Positions 1 through 14,150 of a stretch of 64,000 nt of DNA are shown here, one piece after another. The translations under genes and the position numbers were made by a program. The DNA is from Eledone cirrhosa (taxonomy: Eukaryota): NCBI GenBank assembly GCA_964016885.1, contig CAXHJY010001288.1, positions 114,291-178,290 of the forward strand. Reading direction: 5' to 3'. How positions within the stretch are numbered: the first letter of the stretch is position 1; the number at the start of each line of letters is the position of its first letter. The notes under the pieces were generated by a model. That model was not told the origin of the DNA. It ran no database searches and saw nothing but the letters and a program-made list of their open reading frames with translations.

Positions 1-169
1 TATATATATTATATTATATATATATATTATATATATATATTTATATATATATATATATTATATATATATAATATTATATATATATATATATTATATATAT
101 ATATATATTATATATATATATATATATTATATATATATATATATATAATATATATATATAATATATATA

Positions 170-330
170 ACGAAGGAAATGTGGTAGGGAACCAGGTGGA
201 CCATAACGCACAAAGTACTCAATACTTGAGGCAGTAGAGTGGGTAATAGGAACCAGTAATTCTGGACTGAGTCCAGAATTAGCCGTCGAAACGGCTTGAG
301 CTCAGCTGTCGGGGTCTTACTGGTTCCTAT
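170..330. mobile_element. Inverted PLE pLTR remnant containing the 3' half of a hammerhead
   Basis: Inverted repeat ataggaaccagtaa/ttactggttcctat; GAA-ACGGCT-tgagctc-AGCTGT-C forms stem III with a GUC site; (TA)n on both sides. Confidence 0.5.
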
Positions 331-352
331 AATATATATATATATATATAAT

Positions 353-386
<34 letters not shown>

Positions 387-600
387 ATATATATATATAT
401 ATTAATTTATATATATATTATATATATATATATATATTATATATATATATATTATATACATATATTATATATATATATATTATATATATATATATATATA
501 TAATATATATATAATATATATAATATATATATTATATAATATATATATATATATATAATATATATTATATATATATATTATATATATATATAATATATAT

Positions 601-642
<42 letters not shown>

Positions 643-673
643 ATATATTATATATATATATATTATATATATA

Positions 674-715
<42 letters not shown>

Positions 716-859
716 ATATATTATATATATATATATTATATATATATATATATTATATATATATATATCTTAGACGATCGACTTTCGTCAAATCGGACCG
801 AGGGAACAATGTTTCCGTTGGTCTTTCCAATTGCTAATACTATCTATCGGTCGCAACTC

Positions 860-980
860 CAGGTAGAAGGAGCAACGTGAAATAAAGTGTCTTGCTCAAG
901 GACATAACGCATCGCCTAGTCCAGGAATCGAACTCACAACCTTACGATTGCGAAACCCAATTCTCTAACCACTCAGCCAC
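860..980 (-). mobile_element. tRNA-derived SINE, family B (5' part)
   Basis: Minus strand A box tggctgagtgg, B box gttcgattcc, then tgtccttgagcaagacactt shared with 41790-42110. Confidence 0.8.
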
Positions 981-1008
981 ACATATATTATATATATATA
1001 TATATATA

Positions 1009-1125
<117 letters not shown>

Positions 1126-1184
1126 ATATATATATATATATTATATATATATATATATTATATATATATATATATTATATATAT

Positions 1185-1232
<48 letters not shown>

Positions 1233-1293
1233 TATATATATTATATATATTATATATATATATATTATATATATATATATATTATATATATAT

Positions 1294-1344
<51 letters not shown>

Positions 1345-1374
1345 ATTATATATATATATATATTATAATATATA

Positions 1375-1427
<53 letters not shown>

Positions 1428-1444
1428 ATATATATTATATATAT

Positions 1445-1478
<34 letters not shown>

Positions 1479-1484
1479 ATATAT

Positions 1485-1590
<106 letters not shown>

Positions 1591-2109
1591 ATATTATATA
1601 TATATATATTATATATATATATATATTATATATATATATATTATATATATATATATTATATATATATATTATATATATATATATATATTATATATATATA
1701 TTATATATATATATATATATATTAATATATATATATATTATATATATATATTATATATATATATATATCATATATATATATTATATATATATATATATTA
1801 TATATATATTATATATATATATTATATATATATATAATATATATATATAATATATATATATGTTACCATCTTGAAGTAAGTGAGTATATTTACTTATATA
1901 TTAATTGTTCTGTATATATGTAGAAACTACTGGTAGTTTCTCAATTGATATATATCGTTTAAACTTGTTATATAGAAACGGAATGACTGTGAATTAACAC
2001 TTGGAATATATCATGTTATCTCGCTTTCTTTCCATTTCTTTATTCATTTATATATATATTTTTTTGTAAATAAGTAAAATTTTTCCTATAAGTATGTGTG
2101 TAAGAAGAA

Positions 2110-2380
2110 TAGGCTGTAGTGTGCAGGAGAGCAGATTACGTTAGTACGGCCACGTGATGCGCATGGATGATGACCGCTGGGTGAAGAAGTGCCAGGTGAT
2201 CCCAGTGGAAGGAAGACGCAAACCACAGAAGACCTGAACGGAAGTGGTGAGAGCTGACTTCAGATCGTTGAAGGCTACGGAGGAGATGATGAACGATCGT
2301 GACAAGTGGAGAGATGCTGAAGAGTACCCGTCCCACTGTTACAAGCAGGGAAACGCGGACGGACGTAAAATGATGATGAT
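2110..2380 (+). mobile_element. RTE-clade LINE 3' fragment
   Basis: Translates ESRLR*YGHVMRMDDDRWVKKC...DRDKWR; ends in a (TGA)n tail. Confidence 0.75.
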
Positions 2381-3009
2381 ATAGCTTAGTGTGCGTGTGT
2401 TTAGAGATTTACTTTTTTCTATTCGACGAGGTAAGTATTTATATATAATTGTCACCATGAGGAATGTCTAGAGAAGGTTTAGTTTCTTAGGAGATGTATG
2501 GAGCTAGACAAAGTAAGTATGTATATACAAATGTCACAATTAGGATAGATTGCCTTGCAGTATTCGTTTCAGCTCTCTGAGTTCAAATCATACCAATGCC
2601 AACTTTTCCTTTCATGCATTGAAGGTCGATGAAAATGTACCTGTTTAGTACTGGGGTGGATTCTTCCTCTCACTCTTTATACTTTATCTAGAAGAAATCT
2701 GCTGCATTCGGATCTGGGCTATGCCAGGTATTAAAACACGTATTCCAATACAGAGTTATTACAGCTTCGAGGCTCTGCATGCATAGTTCGCAGCCAATAC
2801 ACTAAAGCGTTCTTTAATAATACCTTATTTCACGTTACTCCAGTACACTTAGCTGAGGAGTTAATCCTGCAATAGACTAGCATCCTATCCTGGTAGAGGA
2901 TAGGATGCCAGTGATGTGCTGAGAATATACTATGAGTTAATATTATATATATACTAAACTTATCTTTAATCAATACATCTTGAAGCTGAAGCGTATAGAC
3001 AGTATGCCC

Positions 3010-3282
3010 CACCCCTCCTGCTGTAAAGTGGTCGTGTAGGTGTCACAACAAAAAAGCACTCAGTCTACTCTGTAAAGTGGTCGTGTAGGCACCACGGTAA
3101 AAAGCACCCAGTACTCATTGTAAATGAGGTTGATGTTAGGAAGGGCATCCATCTAGAAATCAAGCCAAAATCATTTCTGTGAGAGCAAGACATGGTCATC
3201 TGACCTGGCACTGCCCACAACAAGACAACCCGTCTAACCCATGCTAACGTGGAAGAATGGACGTAAAATGGTGATGATGATA
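3010..3282 (+). mobile_element. SINE-like retroposon sharing the RTE 3' end
   Basis: Ends ggacgtaaaatggtgatgatga, like 2360-2380; related sequence at 60730-60930. Confidence 0.55.
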
Positions 3283-3570
3283 TATATATACGGGAATTTT
3301 ACCCGCCCTATATATATATATCTAGGGTGGGTAAAATTCCCGATATATATATTGTTAAAAAAAACTGGAGGTTATATCCAAAGTTGGCAGAGTACTCACT
3401 CCAAAGTACGAGTTTGGTATAGAGTTAGTTACACTATATATATATGTGTGTGTATATGTATACATGTATATGTATATATGTTTATATATATATATATATA
3501 TGTATACATGTATATGTATATATGTGTGTATATATATATGGTGGTGAATTAGTTTTGCGAGGTTTTTTAT

Positions 3571-5471
3571 ATGAAATCGTGTGTCGACCACAAGACAGTC
3601 GACGACCCGACAACAGGACCACCAACAAGACCCGTATGCGGAGCTAATATAGCTAGCAACTACAGGATCTCCTACTTCCTCTCAATGGTTATACGCCCCA
3701 TAATCAAGATGTCCCCAGATGTATGTGACAGTACAGAGGACCTCCTCAGCAGAATCAGTGAGTGCAACAAAAACAGGAGCCTATCCAACTGCATAATAGG
3801 CAGCATGGATGTGGTGTCACTGTACCCATCCATTAACATTGATTTTGCTGTGAAAAGATGTGTGGAGATGATCATTGAGAGTGAGGTGGAGTTCTGCGAC
3901 GTCGACACAGACGAATTGGGCCTCCTACTTAGACTTACCTACGACACTGACTACCTAGACAGCCATGACCTTAGACGTTTCTGCCCTAGTAGACCTATAA
4001 GAGGTAGACCCCCCCCACCATAACCTCAATGGCAAAAAAGACTCCCATGGGAAGGTGGATTGGGTGGACCAAAGCTATACGGACCCCCCAAAACAATGAT
4101 CAGGTAAGAAAAATGGTTGCACATGCAATAGGGGCTAGTATCAAAACTACCCTAAAGGGCCACATATTTAAGTTCAACGAGAAGATCTACACCCAAAATG
4201 AGGGAGCAGCCATCGGCGTCAGCATAGCTGGTGATGTTGCCAACCTTTTCATGATATGGTGGGAAAGGAGACTTAAAGATCTCCTTAATGAGAGCTCCAT
4301 AGACCTCATCATGTACTCTCGTTATGTAGACGATATCAATATAGTTATAAGAACACCCCCACTAGAGAGCACTAACAAGTTTGATTTAGAACGTAGCACG
4401 ATGGAAAGCATCCAGCAGATAGTTACAGTTATACTCTGGTGTATGGAATTAGCTATCGACTTCCCTTCCAAACACCCTAACAATAGACTACCTGTATTAG
4501 ACACAGAACTCTGGATTAACACTATAGACGAGAGAGCCCAAATTCTCCACTCACACTATGCTAAACCTATGGCCTCCAAATACCTGATACTCAAAAACTC
4601 AGCAATGTCCAGTAGTGCTAAGTTTAATATTCTGATCGCAGATTTGGTACGAGTGATGAAGAATGTGTCCCGCATGTGCGACCCAACAGAAATGGAAAGA
4701 CACATCCAACACTTCATCAACCGCATGCAGTTCTCTGGCTACAACCAAAGAGACAGAGTCAGAGTATACGAAGGAGCCATGGAAAAGTATAAGACCCTCA
4801 TAGAACTGGACATGAAAGGAATTTGCCCATTATACAGGAGCAAATCATGGAATAGCTTAGATAGGGCTAGACATAAGATAGGGAAAGCCACCTCATGGTA
4901 CGACAACCAGAGATACCAGAGTGTCATGTTTGTGGACGCCACCCCTGGAGGGAAATTAGCTAACCAGTGTAGAAAGGCCCTGAGAAAGACCCACTTAAAA
5001 ATAAATGTGGTAGAAAAGCCAGGAACCACCATAAAATCCCTGATCAGCAAAACCTGCCCTTTTAAGAAAACCCACTGTACCAATAGGAAATGTATCATAT
5101 GTAAGGTGAACCCCCGGATAAACTGTAAAACTAGAAACGTAGTCTATAGCATAAGATGTACAGAGGGTACTTGCAGAAACATGACAACAACATACATAGG
5201 TGAGACAGCTCGTAGCATAGGTGAAAGGATAGACCAACACTGGGGGGAACTAAAAGGACGAAAAAACGGGTCAGTACTATACGAACATGCTAGACAACAA
5301 CATGACGGTAACATAGAAATTAGAATAATATCTAAACATAGAAATGACCCAGCAGATAGGCAAATCAGAGAGGCTGGTGAAATAGAAATTAGAAGACCAA
5401 GGCTAAACAGAAAGAATGAATGGAATAACAACAACGCCCAAACAAACAACACTGACCTAAGAGAAGTATAA
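3571..5471 (+). pseudogene. PLE reverse transcriptase / GIY-YIG endonuclease, frameshifted at a C-run near 4010
   Basis: RT motifs MDVVSLYPSI, GAAIG, RYVDD; Cys linker; NVVYSIRC...YIGETARSIGERIDQH...E...LN; ORF pieces 3571-4023 and 4029-5471. Confidence 0.9.
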
Positions 5472-5681
5472 ATAAGTAAATAAAATGAAATAAATAAATA
5501 AATACATACACAAGCACATAAACACACACTAGTCACACAGCAAACAGAACACTATACACACACGCAAACGCATGCGCAAAAAAGACAAAATAAAATAAAC
5601 AAACAAGCAAATAAATAAATAAATATCTTGACAGACTGAATAAAAATGGCGTAGACATACAATACAACAGGAGGAAGATAT

Positions 5682-5745
5682 AACACCACTGACGATGTTG
5701 CAGATGTGCAACGAAAGATTTATGATAAACTATATATATGTGTTT
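5682..5745 (+). ncRNA. Type I hammerhead ribozyme motif in PLE pLTR
   Basis: CTGACGA-T-GTTGCA-gatg-TGCAAC-GAA; stem III AG(a)TTTA-tga-TAAACT then A (CUA site); stem I disrupted by TA expansion. Confidence 0.7.
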
Positions 5746-5929
5746 GTGTCTATATTGTATCTGTATTATTTTTGACCGTCGGTCAGTCAATGGCAACATT
5801 GAGGACCGAGTAAGTTAGATTACCGATATAAAAGACACAGAAGCGAGAAGCGAAAACCAACCAAACAGTGAGTGTGTTCTGTTATTTATTCTGGCAATAT
5901 TACACAAATATGACCCTCCCCAAGTATAA

Positions 5930-6142
5930 CAATATATATATATGTATACATGTATATATATATATGTGTATATATATATGTATATATATATGTATGTATA
6001 TGTATATATGTATATGTATGTATATGTATATGTATGTATATGTATATATGTATTTATATGTATATATATATATGTATATATATGTATGTATATGTATATA
6101 TATATATGTATGTATATGTATATATATATATGTATGTATATG

Positions 6143-6201
<59 letters not shown>

Positions 6202-6584
6202 GTGTATATGTATATATATGTATATATATGTATGTATATGTATATATATATGTATGTATATATATATGTATGTATATGTATATATATGTATATGTATATA
6301 TATGTATATGTATATATATATGTATATGTATATATATATGTATATATATATGTATATGTATATATATATGTATATATATATATATGTATGTATATGTGTA
6401 TGTATATGTATATATATATATATGTATGTATATATATATGTATGTATATATATATGTATGTATGTATATGTATATATATATATGTATGTATATATATATA
6501 TGTATGTATGTATATGTATATATATATATGTATGTATATATATATGTATGTATATATGTATGTATGTATATATATGTATGTATG

Positions 6585-6620
<36 letters not shown>

Positions 6621-6913
6621 TATATGTGTATATATATATGTATGTGTATATATATGTATGTATATATATATATGTATATATATATGTATGTGTATATATA
6701 TGTATATATATGTGTGTATATGTATGTATGTGTATATATATATATGTATGTATATATGTATGTATGTATGTATGTATATATATATATATGTATGTATATA
6801 TATATATATGTATGTATATATATATATATGTATGTATGTATATATATATATATGTATGTATGTATATATATATATGTATGTATGTATGTATGTATATATA
6901 TATGTATGTATAT

Positions 6914-6952
<39 letters not shown>
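5930..6952. repeat. (TA)n/(TATG)n compound microsatellite
   Basis: Low-complexity TA/TG tract producing spurious ORFs. Confidence 0.97.
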
Positions 6953-6955
<3 letters not shown>

Positions 6956-7199
6956 AGTATATAGAGAAGAAAACACAAAGGGGTATGTTTTTAATTACGA
7001 GGGATGGGGAAACACCAGAGTGAACAACAAAGTCTACGAAAGGAGTGGAAAATACATATTAATTAAAAGAGTAAATCAAAATGTACAGACCAACCTTTTA
7101 TAACTATAAACACCTGGGCAAACTCTAATAAGAGAATGTTTCGTCATAAAAAGTGTCGATACCACACCGCTCAGGGCTTATCAACAGGTGTAAAGACAG

Positions 7200-8262
7200 T
7201 ATGGTCGAGCCTTCTAAAGAAACTTCAGACAGCTGAAATATTGCACATGGTGAGAGAAGATACGAAAACATGCGCGCTAGACAGTACATAGTGGCTTTGA
7301 TTTATATACATGTAGCATTCGTCCATTGGAAGTATATTTTGACTGTAGTTTGGTGACCGCTACAGAAAACTGAGATCAATGTACAGAGAAATATTGAGTA
7401 ATGAATCTGTTTAGTATAGTTCTAGCAATAAAAGAGGCGATTTAGGCTGACTGCCTTTTGTATGCTTGCTGACCTATTTCGTACAAGATCTAGATTAGTA
7501 ATTCCAGACATGGAAGCCAAATGTTGAATCGAGGGGCTTTATAGTAAACTTAGCAAACTAATGTAATTCACTGTACCCTAAGTAAACTATGAGCACATAA
7601 TATGTGGTGGGATAACAAGTAAGATAGCATTAAAAATTAAGTTGGTAAGTGGCAAATGTACAGAGAGTGTTAATAGCAAGAAGAAACGAGAACTAGACGC
7701 CCTTCAATGTTTCCTGTAAAAAGTTGATCGCCTTTGTTACCTAGGAGACCTCGATAACAGTGGAAGAAAGTGCGCTAAAAGCATAGTATCCAGACTAAAA
7801 ACGGGTTGTAAATATTTCAAGCAGCTATGGCGTCTATTAGTAACGAAGGATTTCTTTCTCGGGGTAAAGAGCAAATTTTATGATGTTTATGTACGAAGTG
7901 CGATGCTGCGGGGCATAATTTTATAGTTTATAAATGAGAAGATTTGCGAACACTAGAAAGAAATGAAGTGATGCTGCTCCGCTGGATTTGTGAAGTTAAT
8001 GTGCACGAACAATTGAGCACAAATAAACTTAGAGAAAAGCTAGATATGAGAGGAGTCAGATTTAGTGTCTAAGAGAGAAGATTGCGCTGGTATGGGCATG
8101 TGATGTGTATCTATGAAGGTTGTAATTGTATAAAGAAATGATGAGTGTTCGAAGTAGATGCAACCTGTGAAAAAAAGATACAGAGGAAGACATGTGGTTA
8201 AGGGCGATTTTAAGAAGCTGAACATCATGATGACATTCAATCCATGTTAACATGGAAACAAG
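7200..8262 (+). mobile_element. Decayed RTE-clade LINE, 3' portion
   Basis: Remnants such as LERNEVMLLRWIC and ERRLRWYGHVM; many stops and frameshifts. Confidence 0.7.
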
Positions 8263-8561
8263 TGTGATGATCACTAACAACGAAGATATGGTATCTATAA
8301 ATCTCTTAGAGATATTAGTAGCGTTAATATAATTGTTACATGTAATAACCTTAGCTCGCACGAAGCTGAAGTTTACAATTCTCTAAATCTACGATATATG
8401 AGTTTCTTTAGACTTGAGACAAACATCTCCATAAGATTTTCTACATAAGTTAGATGAAATGGCTTAAGTGGGAATAGATAATTGGCTTACTAAGTGTTTA
8501 CTCGTAGTCTACTCAACAGTACCTGTTATCTTTTCTAATAGTCTCTCCCTCTCTTTCTCTC

Positions 8562-8615
<54 letters not shown>

Positions 8616-8715
8616 TTATATATATATATATGTAAAAGGTAAACAGAAATAATACAATCAATACAGTATATGGAAGGAATATATTAGGTTAACGCTTGAA
8701 ATAGCAAGAAGAAGG

Positions 8716-8751
8716 TCTTAACGTTTCGGACACTAGTCCTTCATCTGAAGA
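8716..8751 (-). ncRNA. Minimal PLE-type hammerhead (decayed core)
   Basis: Minus: tctt CAGATGA a GGAC tagt GTCC GAAA cg TT aaga; U4 mutated to A. Confidence 0.6.
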
Positions 8752-8894
8752 AAGAATGAGAAATAAGATAGATTGAAGAGACGGGCGGGTTGGAATTGGG
8801 AAACATTTTTAGATAGAAAAGATTTTCCAGTTAGAGGTTGTGAATACTCCGTATTGTGGATAGTTTTAGCGTACGGCGTTGTTTGACTCAAACA

Positions 8895-9872
8895 ATGCTC
8901 GCCAATAAAATCTGGCAGCTTAAAGATACAAACCAGGAATACGGGATTAGCTGGTCGAAACTGTCAGGGGCAAAGGCCTATAAAATGGAATGTCCCACTG
9001 CGGACTTTGCAATATGGAGTTGCTCCATATTTTAAAATATGACAAAATGCTGCTTAACAGCAAAATAAAACGGTCAATTTTCTGTAGGCATAAAGCAGCT
9101 ATTAAATTCGCTAATTTAAAACCAACTTGATTCGACCCAACAATTCCATAATTCAAACTGAACCACCTGAGTCTATTATAATAACCCATTATTATTAACT
9201 GTCAATAAATCAACTAATCACTGAATCAACATCATAACCTCCTAACTTTTCTTTCTTTCACTCTCTTTCACTAAAGCTATTTCACCTCTTCCATTATATC
9301 CTATCGTGTTCTCTTCACTTCTAACATAACTTCAAATTTAATTTATTAATTTACCCTTTATTTTAGCACTGTACTATTTCTTCATAATATAATTTAACCA
9401 ATACATATATGTATATATTTAGTATTTTCATGTTTATACCATCACATATTTATATTTTAACCACCAACACCACAACTATTTTCAACAATCATATTATGTT
9501 CACTTTTCTTCACACGCATATACATTTTTTTACTTATTTTTTATCATCTTCATTCTAACTTATTTATTATTATTTATTTATTATTTTTTCTTTTTCTTTA
9601 TCTTTCTTTTTCTCTTTTCTTTTTTCTTCTTTTTTCTTTTTCTCATTCTCTTTTTCTTTTTTTCTTTTTCTTTCTTTATTACTGATGTTGTGATTTGAAT
9701 TTTCCTAGTATATTACAAACGCCGTGTATAATTTTAATCAGTTTTTCCGATGATTTGATTAAGCACAACTTCAAATGATTAGCAATTTTTAGACAACTTA
9801 ATCAATGAAACAATTGTTAATACTGTAAATAAAACCCTTTTGTACTATTGACCATGTTATTCTTCACTCTTT
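8895..9872 (+). mobile_element. 5'-truncated PLE copy (EN C-terminus plus pLTR), related to 17225-20233
   Basis: ISWSKLS...HCGLCNMELLHILKYDKMLLNSKIKRSIFCRHK...KPT* matches the end of ORF 17988-18521; pLTR ends at (TA)n. Confidence 0.85.
9739..9825 (+). ncRNA. Hammerhead motif with long stem II
   Basis: cagttttt CCGATGA t TTGATTAAG...CTTAATCAA t GAAA CAATTG TT aatactg. Confidence 0.6.
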
Positions 9873-10114
9873 CAATATATATATATATATATATATATAC
9901 AAAACGAATAAAAAAAGGTGAGTGAAGGTAAAGAAAAACGAACGAAACTCAGAACAGTCCCTTCACATCAGTCAACCGCTGGAGGTCCTCGCAGTTTCAG
10001 TTTATATATATGTATATATAAAGGAACGGGCGAAGGCATCAAGAACTTTATCCTTGTCCGTTCCCTTGTCGTTTTAATTTGGATTGACTCGAGAACGTAA
10101 CCTTATTATGTAAG

Positions 10115-10192
10115 AAGCTGTCTGATGAGATCATGGCACTGGTTAGGCAGAATCACGTAGCCACTGTCGTCATTGAAATATGTATCAAGCTT
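10115..10192 (+). ncRNA. Hammerhead motif with long stem II
   Basis: aagctgt CTGATGA [46 nt] GAAA tatgta TC aagctt. Confidence 0.55.
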
Positions 10193-10291
10193 ATGTATAA
10201 ACCTTAACATCTGAAACTACTTTGCATTTTCTTATCACCCCTCTCTCTCTCTCTATATATATATATACTTTATATATATATATATATATAC

Positions 10292-10901
10292 TTAACAATC
10301 AAAGAGTGTTTAATAACATTTAATTACTAACGATCGTTTCATCCAAGCACAAGGCCGGAATCATCGGAGTATAAATCAAAAGTTAGAACACAGATAACTT
10401 TGTCAAAGAACATTCCTGGGATACAGCATATGGGAAGAAAGCAAACATAACAGATATTAACATTGATATAAGAGAGGAAAGCAAGAAGCTCATAAAAGCA
10501 TGATCATATAAATATAATTAACAATAATCAGCAGCTAGAGGCATTAAAAAAACTTAAAAACAAGCTGGTATAAAGAAAAGAAAAAAGCTACTAAAAGGAA
10601 TTTAAGCATAATGTAGGCATATCATATACTGACAAATTTACATACAACATAGGCATCATAACAGTCTATAAAAGCTAGTGCATGGATATAAACTTAAATA
10701 TAAACTTAAATTTAAGAATGTAAAAATACATCTTCAAGGTACATTTTTACTATATTCATGGAAAATGGAGTTGAACTTTTTATTATGAATATAGTAAAAA
10801 TGTACCTTGAAGATGTGCTTCTTGCTTATATCAATGTTAATATTGTGCTTGGATGAAACGATCGTTAGTAATTAAATGTTATTAAACACTCTTTGATTGT
10901 T
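10292..10901. mobile_element. Non-coding tail-out inverted PLE pLTR pair
   Basis: 10293-10351 is the inverted copy of 10843-10901; inner inverted repeat 10728-10817; hammerhead in the left arm. Confidence 0.7.
10325..10371 (-). ncRNA. Hammerhead motif with palindromic stem III
   Basis: Minus: tact CCGATGA ttccggccttgtgcttggat GAAA CGATCG TT agta. Confidence 0.6.
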
Positions 10902-11000
10902 ATTTATAAAGAATTCCAGCTCTGCATTATATTTGTTATTTTACATCGAGCTACTCTCATACTGGCAATTGGATAATATTTATTATTTAATATTACCCCC

Positions 11001-11004
<4 letters not shown>

Positions 11005-11096
<92 letters not shown>

Positions 11097-11502
11097 TAGA
11101 GGCGTACATGGAATCATACACAATATGTTTATGTATAATAACATACATAAGTCTCACTATCGGTATTATAAGTTGTGATAATGTCAGCCGCCCCTGTAGC
11201 TGTGTGCGAACTAATGTTTCAGGATGTTTTCCATTTTCAGTGACTCATTCAGTGCTGAGGCAAAATAAGCTGTAACTAATATAGATTTTGATGTGTGAGT
11301 GTGTGAGTGAATGAATGTGGTGAGAGTGTGTGTGTATATGTGTGTATGTGTTTGTGTGTATGTGTGTGAGTGAATGCGTGTGAGTGTGTGTATGTGTGTG
11401 TGAGTATATGTGAGTGCATGTGTATATACATATGTGTGTGTGAGTACGTGTGAGAGAGTGAGTGTGTGTGTATGTGTGAATGAGTGTGTATGTGTATGTG
11501 TG
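11005..11502. repeat. (TA)n, (TG)n and TG-rich simple repeats
   Basis: Direct inspection. Confidence 0.9.
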
Positions 11503-11601
11503 AGGCCATCAACAGATTCTTTGATTTCTTCTGCCGAGAAATCTGGAATAAAACTTGAGAAAGAAAAAAAGCTAAAGAAATGAAATAAAGAAATATCATT
11601 T

Positions 11602-12262
11602 AAAAACAACAACAACACCAACAACACCACCACCAACAACACTAAAACCAACAACACCACCAACAACACCACCACCAACAACACCAAGACCACCAACAAC
11701 ACCACCACCACCACCAACACCAACAACCATACCACCACCAACAACAACACCACCACCAACAACACCAACAACAACATCACCACCAACAACACCACCACCA
11801 ACAACACCACCAACAACAACACCACCAACACCACCACTACCACCAACAACACCACCACCACCAACACCACCAACAACACCAACAACAACATCACCACCAA
11901 CAACACCACCACCAACAACACCACCAACAACAACACCACCAACACCACCACTACCACCAACAACACCACCACCACCAACACCACCAACAACACCACCACC
12001 AACAACAACACCACCACCAACACCACCACCACCAACACCACCACTACCACCAACAACACCACCACCAACAACACCACCAACACTACCACCAACAACAACA
12101 CCACCACCACCAACAACACCACCAACACTACCACCAACAACAACACCACCACCACCAACACCACCACTACCAACAACAACATCACCACCAACAACACCAA
12201 CAACAACACCACCACCACCACCACCACCACCACCAACAACACCACCAACAACAACAACAACT
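11602..12262. repeat. (CAA/CAC)n trinucleotide tract
   Basis: About 660 bp of mixed CAA and CAC. Confidence 0.97.
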
Positions 12263-13084
12263 AAGTTTCAGTATTTTATCAGCAAAACTTGATTAGTTTA
12301 ATTAATCATAGGATCAATAGCTGTTGATGAGAAATTGATGGATGTTAGTAAACCAATCGATTGCAATTTCTTGAAATGACATCAAAAATGGATGTTGTCA
12401 ACTCATTCATCTCGTAGATCGATGCAAGCAATCAAATTCACATCGTCTGTCCATCGATTTATTCCAATAATCAATAACTGATAAGAGGTAATTAAATTTA
12501 TTTTATTCATTTATTTATTTATTATTATTATTTTTTTAATACTTTGGTTCAAAATCGGTAAATTCAGACATTTCTTTGATAATATAAAGCTGGTTTAAAA
12601 TCAATATTTAAAAAAAAAATGCCTCTTAATCAATATAGAGAGATTATCGAAAATAATAGCGTTTTGTTACAAAATGTTATTGTGTCATTTTTTTCCTGTT
12701 CCACTCCTCTCTGTTTCATCCATGTTGGTATTCACACAAGGTTATTCCATAGCTATCAATTCCAGTTTATAGAATAATGTTAAATAAACAAAGTTTAGGT
12801 TGAAAACGGATATTAATTTCAATAGAAGTCTGTCTTCATATATGAGATTTATTCATTAATCTACTGTAAATTATCGCCTATAGCTTCACTGTGTTAAATT
12901 TCTACTTATGTTTATCCACGGATAACATTTCTGAGAGTAATAATACATTTACAAATGTTTACATTGAAGAAAACAGATATGAAAACATATAAATACATAA
13001 AAAACAAGATCATTTGGTTTCTAACCATATTTACTCACTAAATTTTTACTTTAAATTCCAAATAGCACTACCGTAATTGTAAAT

Positions 13085-13260
13085 AGAATGTATATACTAC
13101 AGACTACGCAGCACCTCCTGATATGTCCCTTGTTGGAACACTCCTGCACAACATTGGACTTGGCAGAGTTTAATGAGAAGAACAGCAATTTGTTCAGCTG
13201 TGGCTGAATCACGTCACCAAGCTCTGTAACAGACACTCTTGTAGGCAGGATAAGAAGAAC
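13085..13260 (+). mobile_element. LINE C-terminal zinc-knuckle remnant (Ingi/Vingi/RTE-X-like)
   Basis: QTTQHLLICPLLEHSCTTLDLAEFN followed by a short aagaagaa tail. Confidence 0.4.
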
Positions 13261-13689
13261 TCTCCTAATGTAAACTATTGTTCGTAGTTATCTTAATTCT
13301 AATAGCTGCTTGATTAATTTATTATGTTATGTAATTTAACTTTGACAAAATTAATTATTTATTTCGTGAAATTATCTCCCTTCTGTTTTGAGAGTCGTTA
13401 ATAATTACTACTAATTTTTTTGTTATATTTTCTCCAGGGAAATATTAATTATGCTAACAGCTTTTGTGTACATTTATCTAAATTCACGCCATTCGCTCAT
13501 TTTAGTTATTTCTCTTATTTTATTTTATTTTTTATTATGCAAATTACACTGACCAAAATTATTCTTAACTAAGTAAGCTATCGAATTGATTATCTGATTT
13601 TAGAAAAAAAAATGAATACACAGGAGGAATTTCGGGGCTAAAAAAATATTACCGAAAAGAAGTCTAAAAGTCGAATCGCAGTTTTGGCT

Positions 13690-14055
13690 TTATTTATCCG
13701 AACACTCGGGCATTCGTATAAAGACATCCGGGAAACAATAAGCTGACCATCGATCACATACGCCTGCAGAACCTTCCATACACGAGTCAGCCAGAGAATA
13801 CCTTCCCTATTTAATATTTTTAACATCTTGGACCGAATTTCAACCTCCCCGAGGCCTTGCCACATTTGAGCTCTTTAATTGCTCTTGTGGCCTCAGCCTC
13901 CGTAGATCCGAAGATGCTTTTGTGACCGTGTTTAGAAGATCAGCAAAGTATTCTCTCCCTCTGCACATCTCTGAAGAGAGGAGAATCCCAGACGCTTATC
14001 TGATAATAAGTGTAGAGTAGGACTTTTGATTACGAAGTCGGTGGATGGTCTGCAA
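13690..14055 (-). mobile_element. RTE-clade LINE internal fragment
   Basis: EIRSKMLKILNREGILWLTRVWKV resembles the pre-RT region of RTE elements. Confidence 0.6.
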
Positions 14056-14074
14056 AAGAGGATTCGAAAGAAAG

Positions 14075-14150
14075 CAAATCTTGACAATTGGAACCTGGAA
14101 CATCACAACCTTTACAAGTAAGGAGCAGGAACTAGTGGAGGAGGCTTGGT
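14075..14150 (+). mobile_element. APE endonuclease N-terminal remnant (RTE-like)
   Basis: LTIGTWNITTFTSKEQELVEE. Confidence 0.55.

Larger units (their letters stand above)
3541..5930 (+). mobile_element. Penelope-like retroelement (C-terminal EN), 5'-truncated, with 3' pLTR
   Basis: RT plus GIY-YIG ORF followed by a hammerhead-bearing 3' region; TA/TG microsatellites on both sides. Confidence 0.9.

Noticed and set aside
5815-7023. Several 340-387 aa ORFs (YI/HT/MC repeats)
   Set aside because: Stop-free reading of a TA/TG microsatellite; the same applies to the ORFs at 1008, 3241-3647, 24210, 42692 and 62024-63090.
7125-7200. Possible minus-strand hammerhead (ctgttga...gacgaaac)
   Set aside because: Core is mutated, and stems I-III could not be paired convincingly.
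11211-12260. 349-aa poly-V/L ORF, with a possible minus-strand acceptor near 11550
   Set aside because: Trinucleotide-repeat artefact; no convincing donor site.
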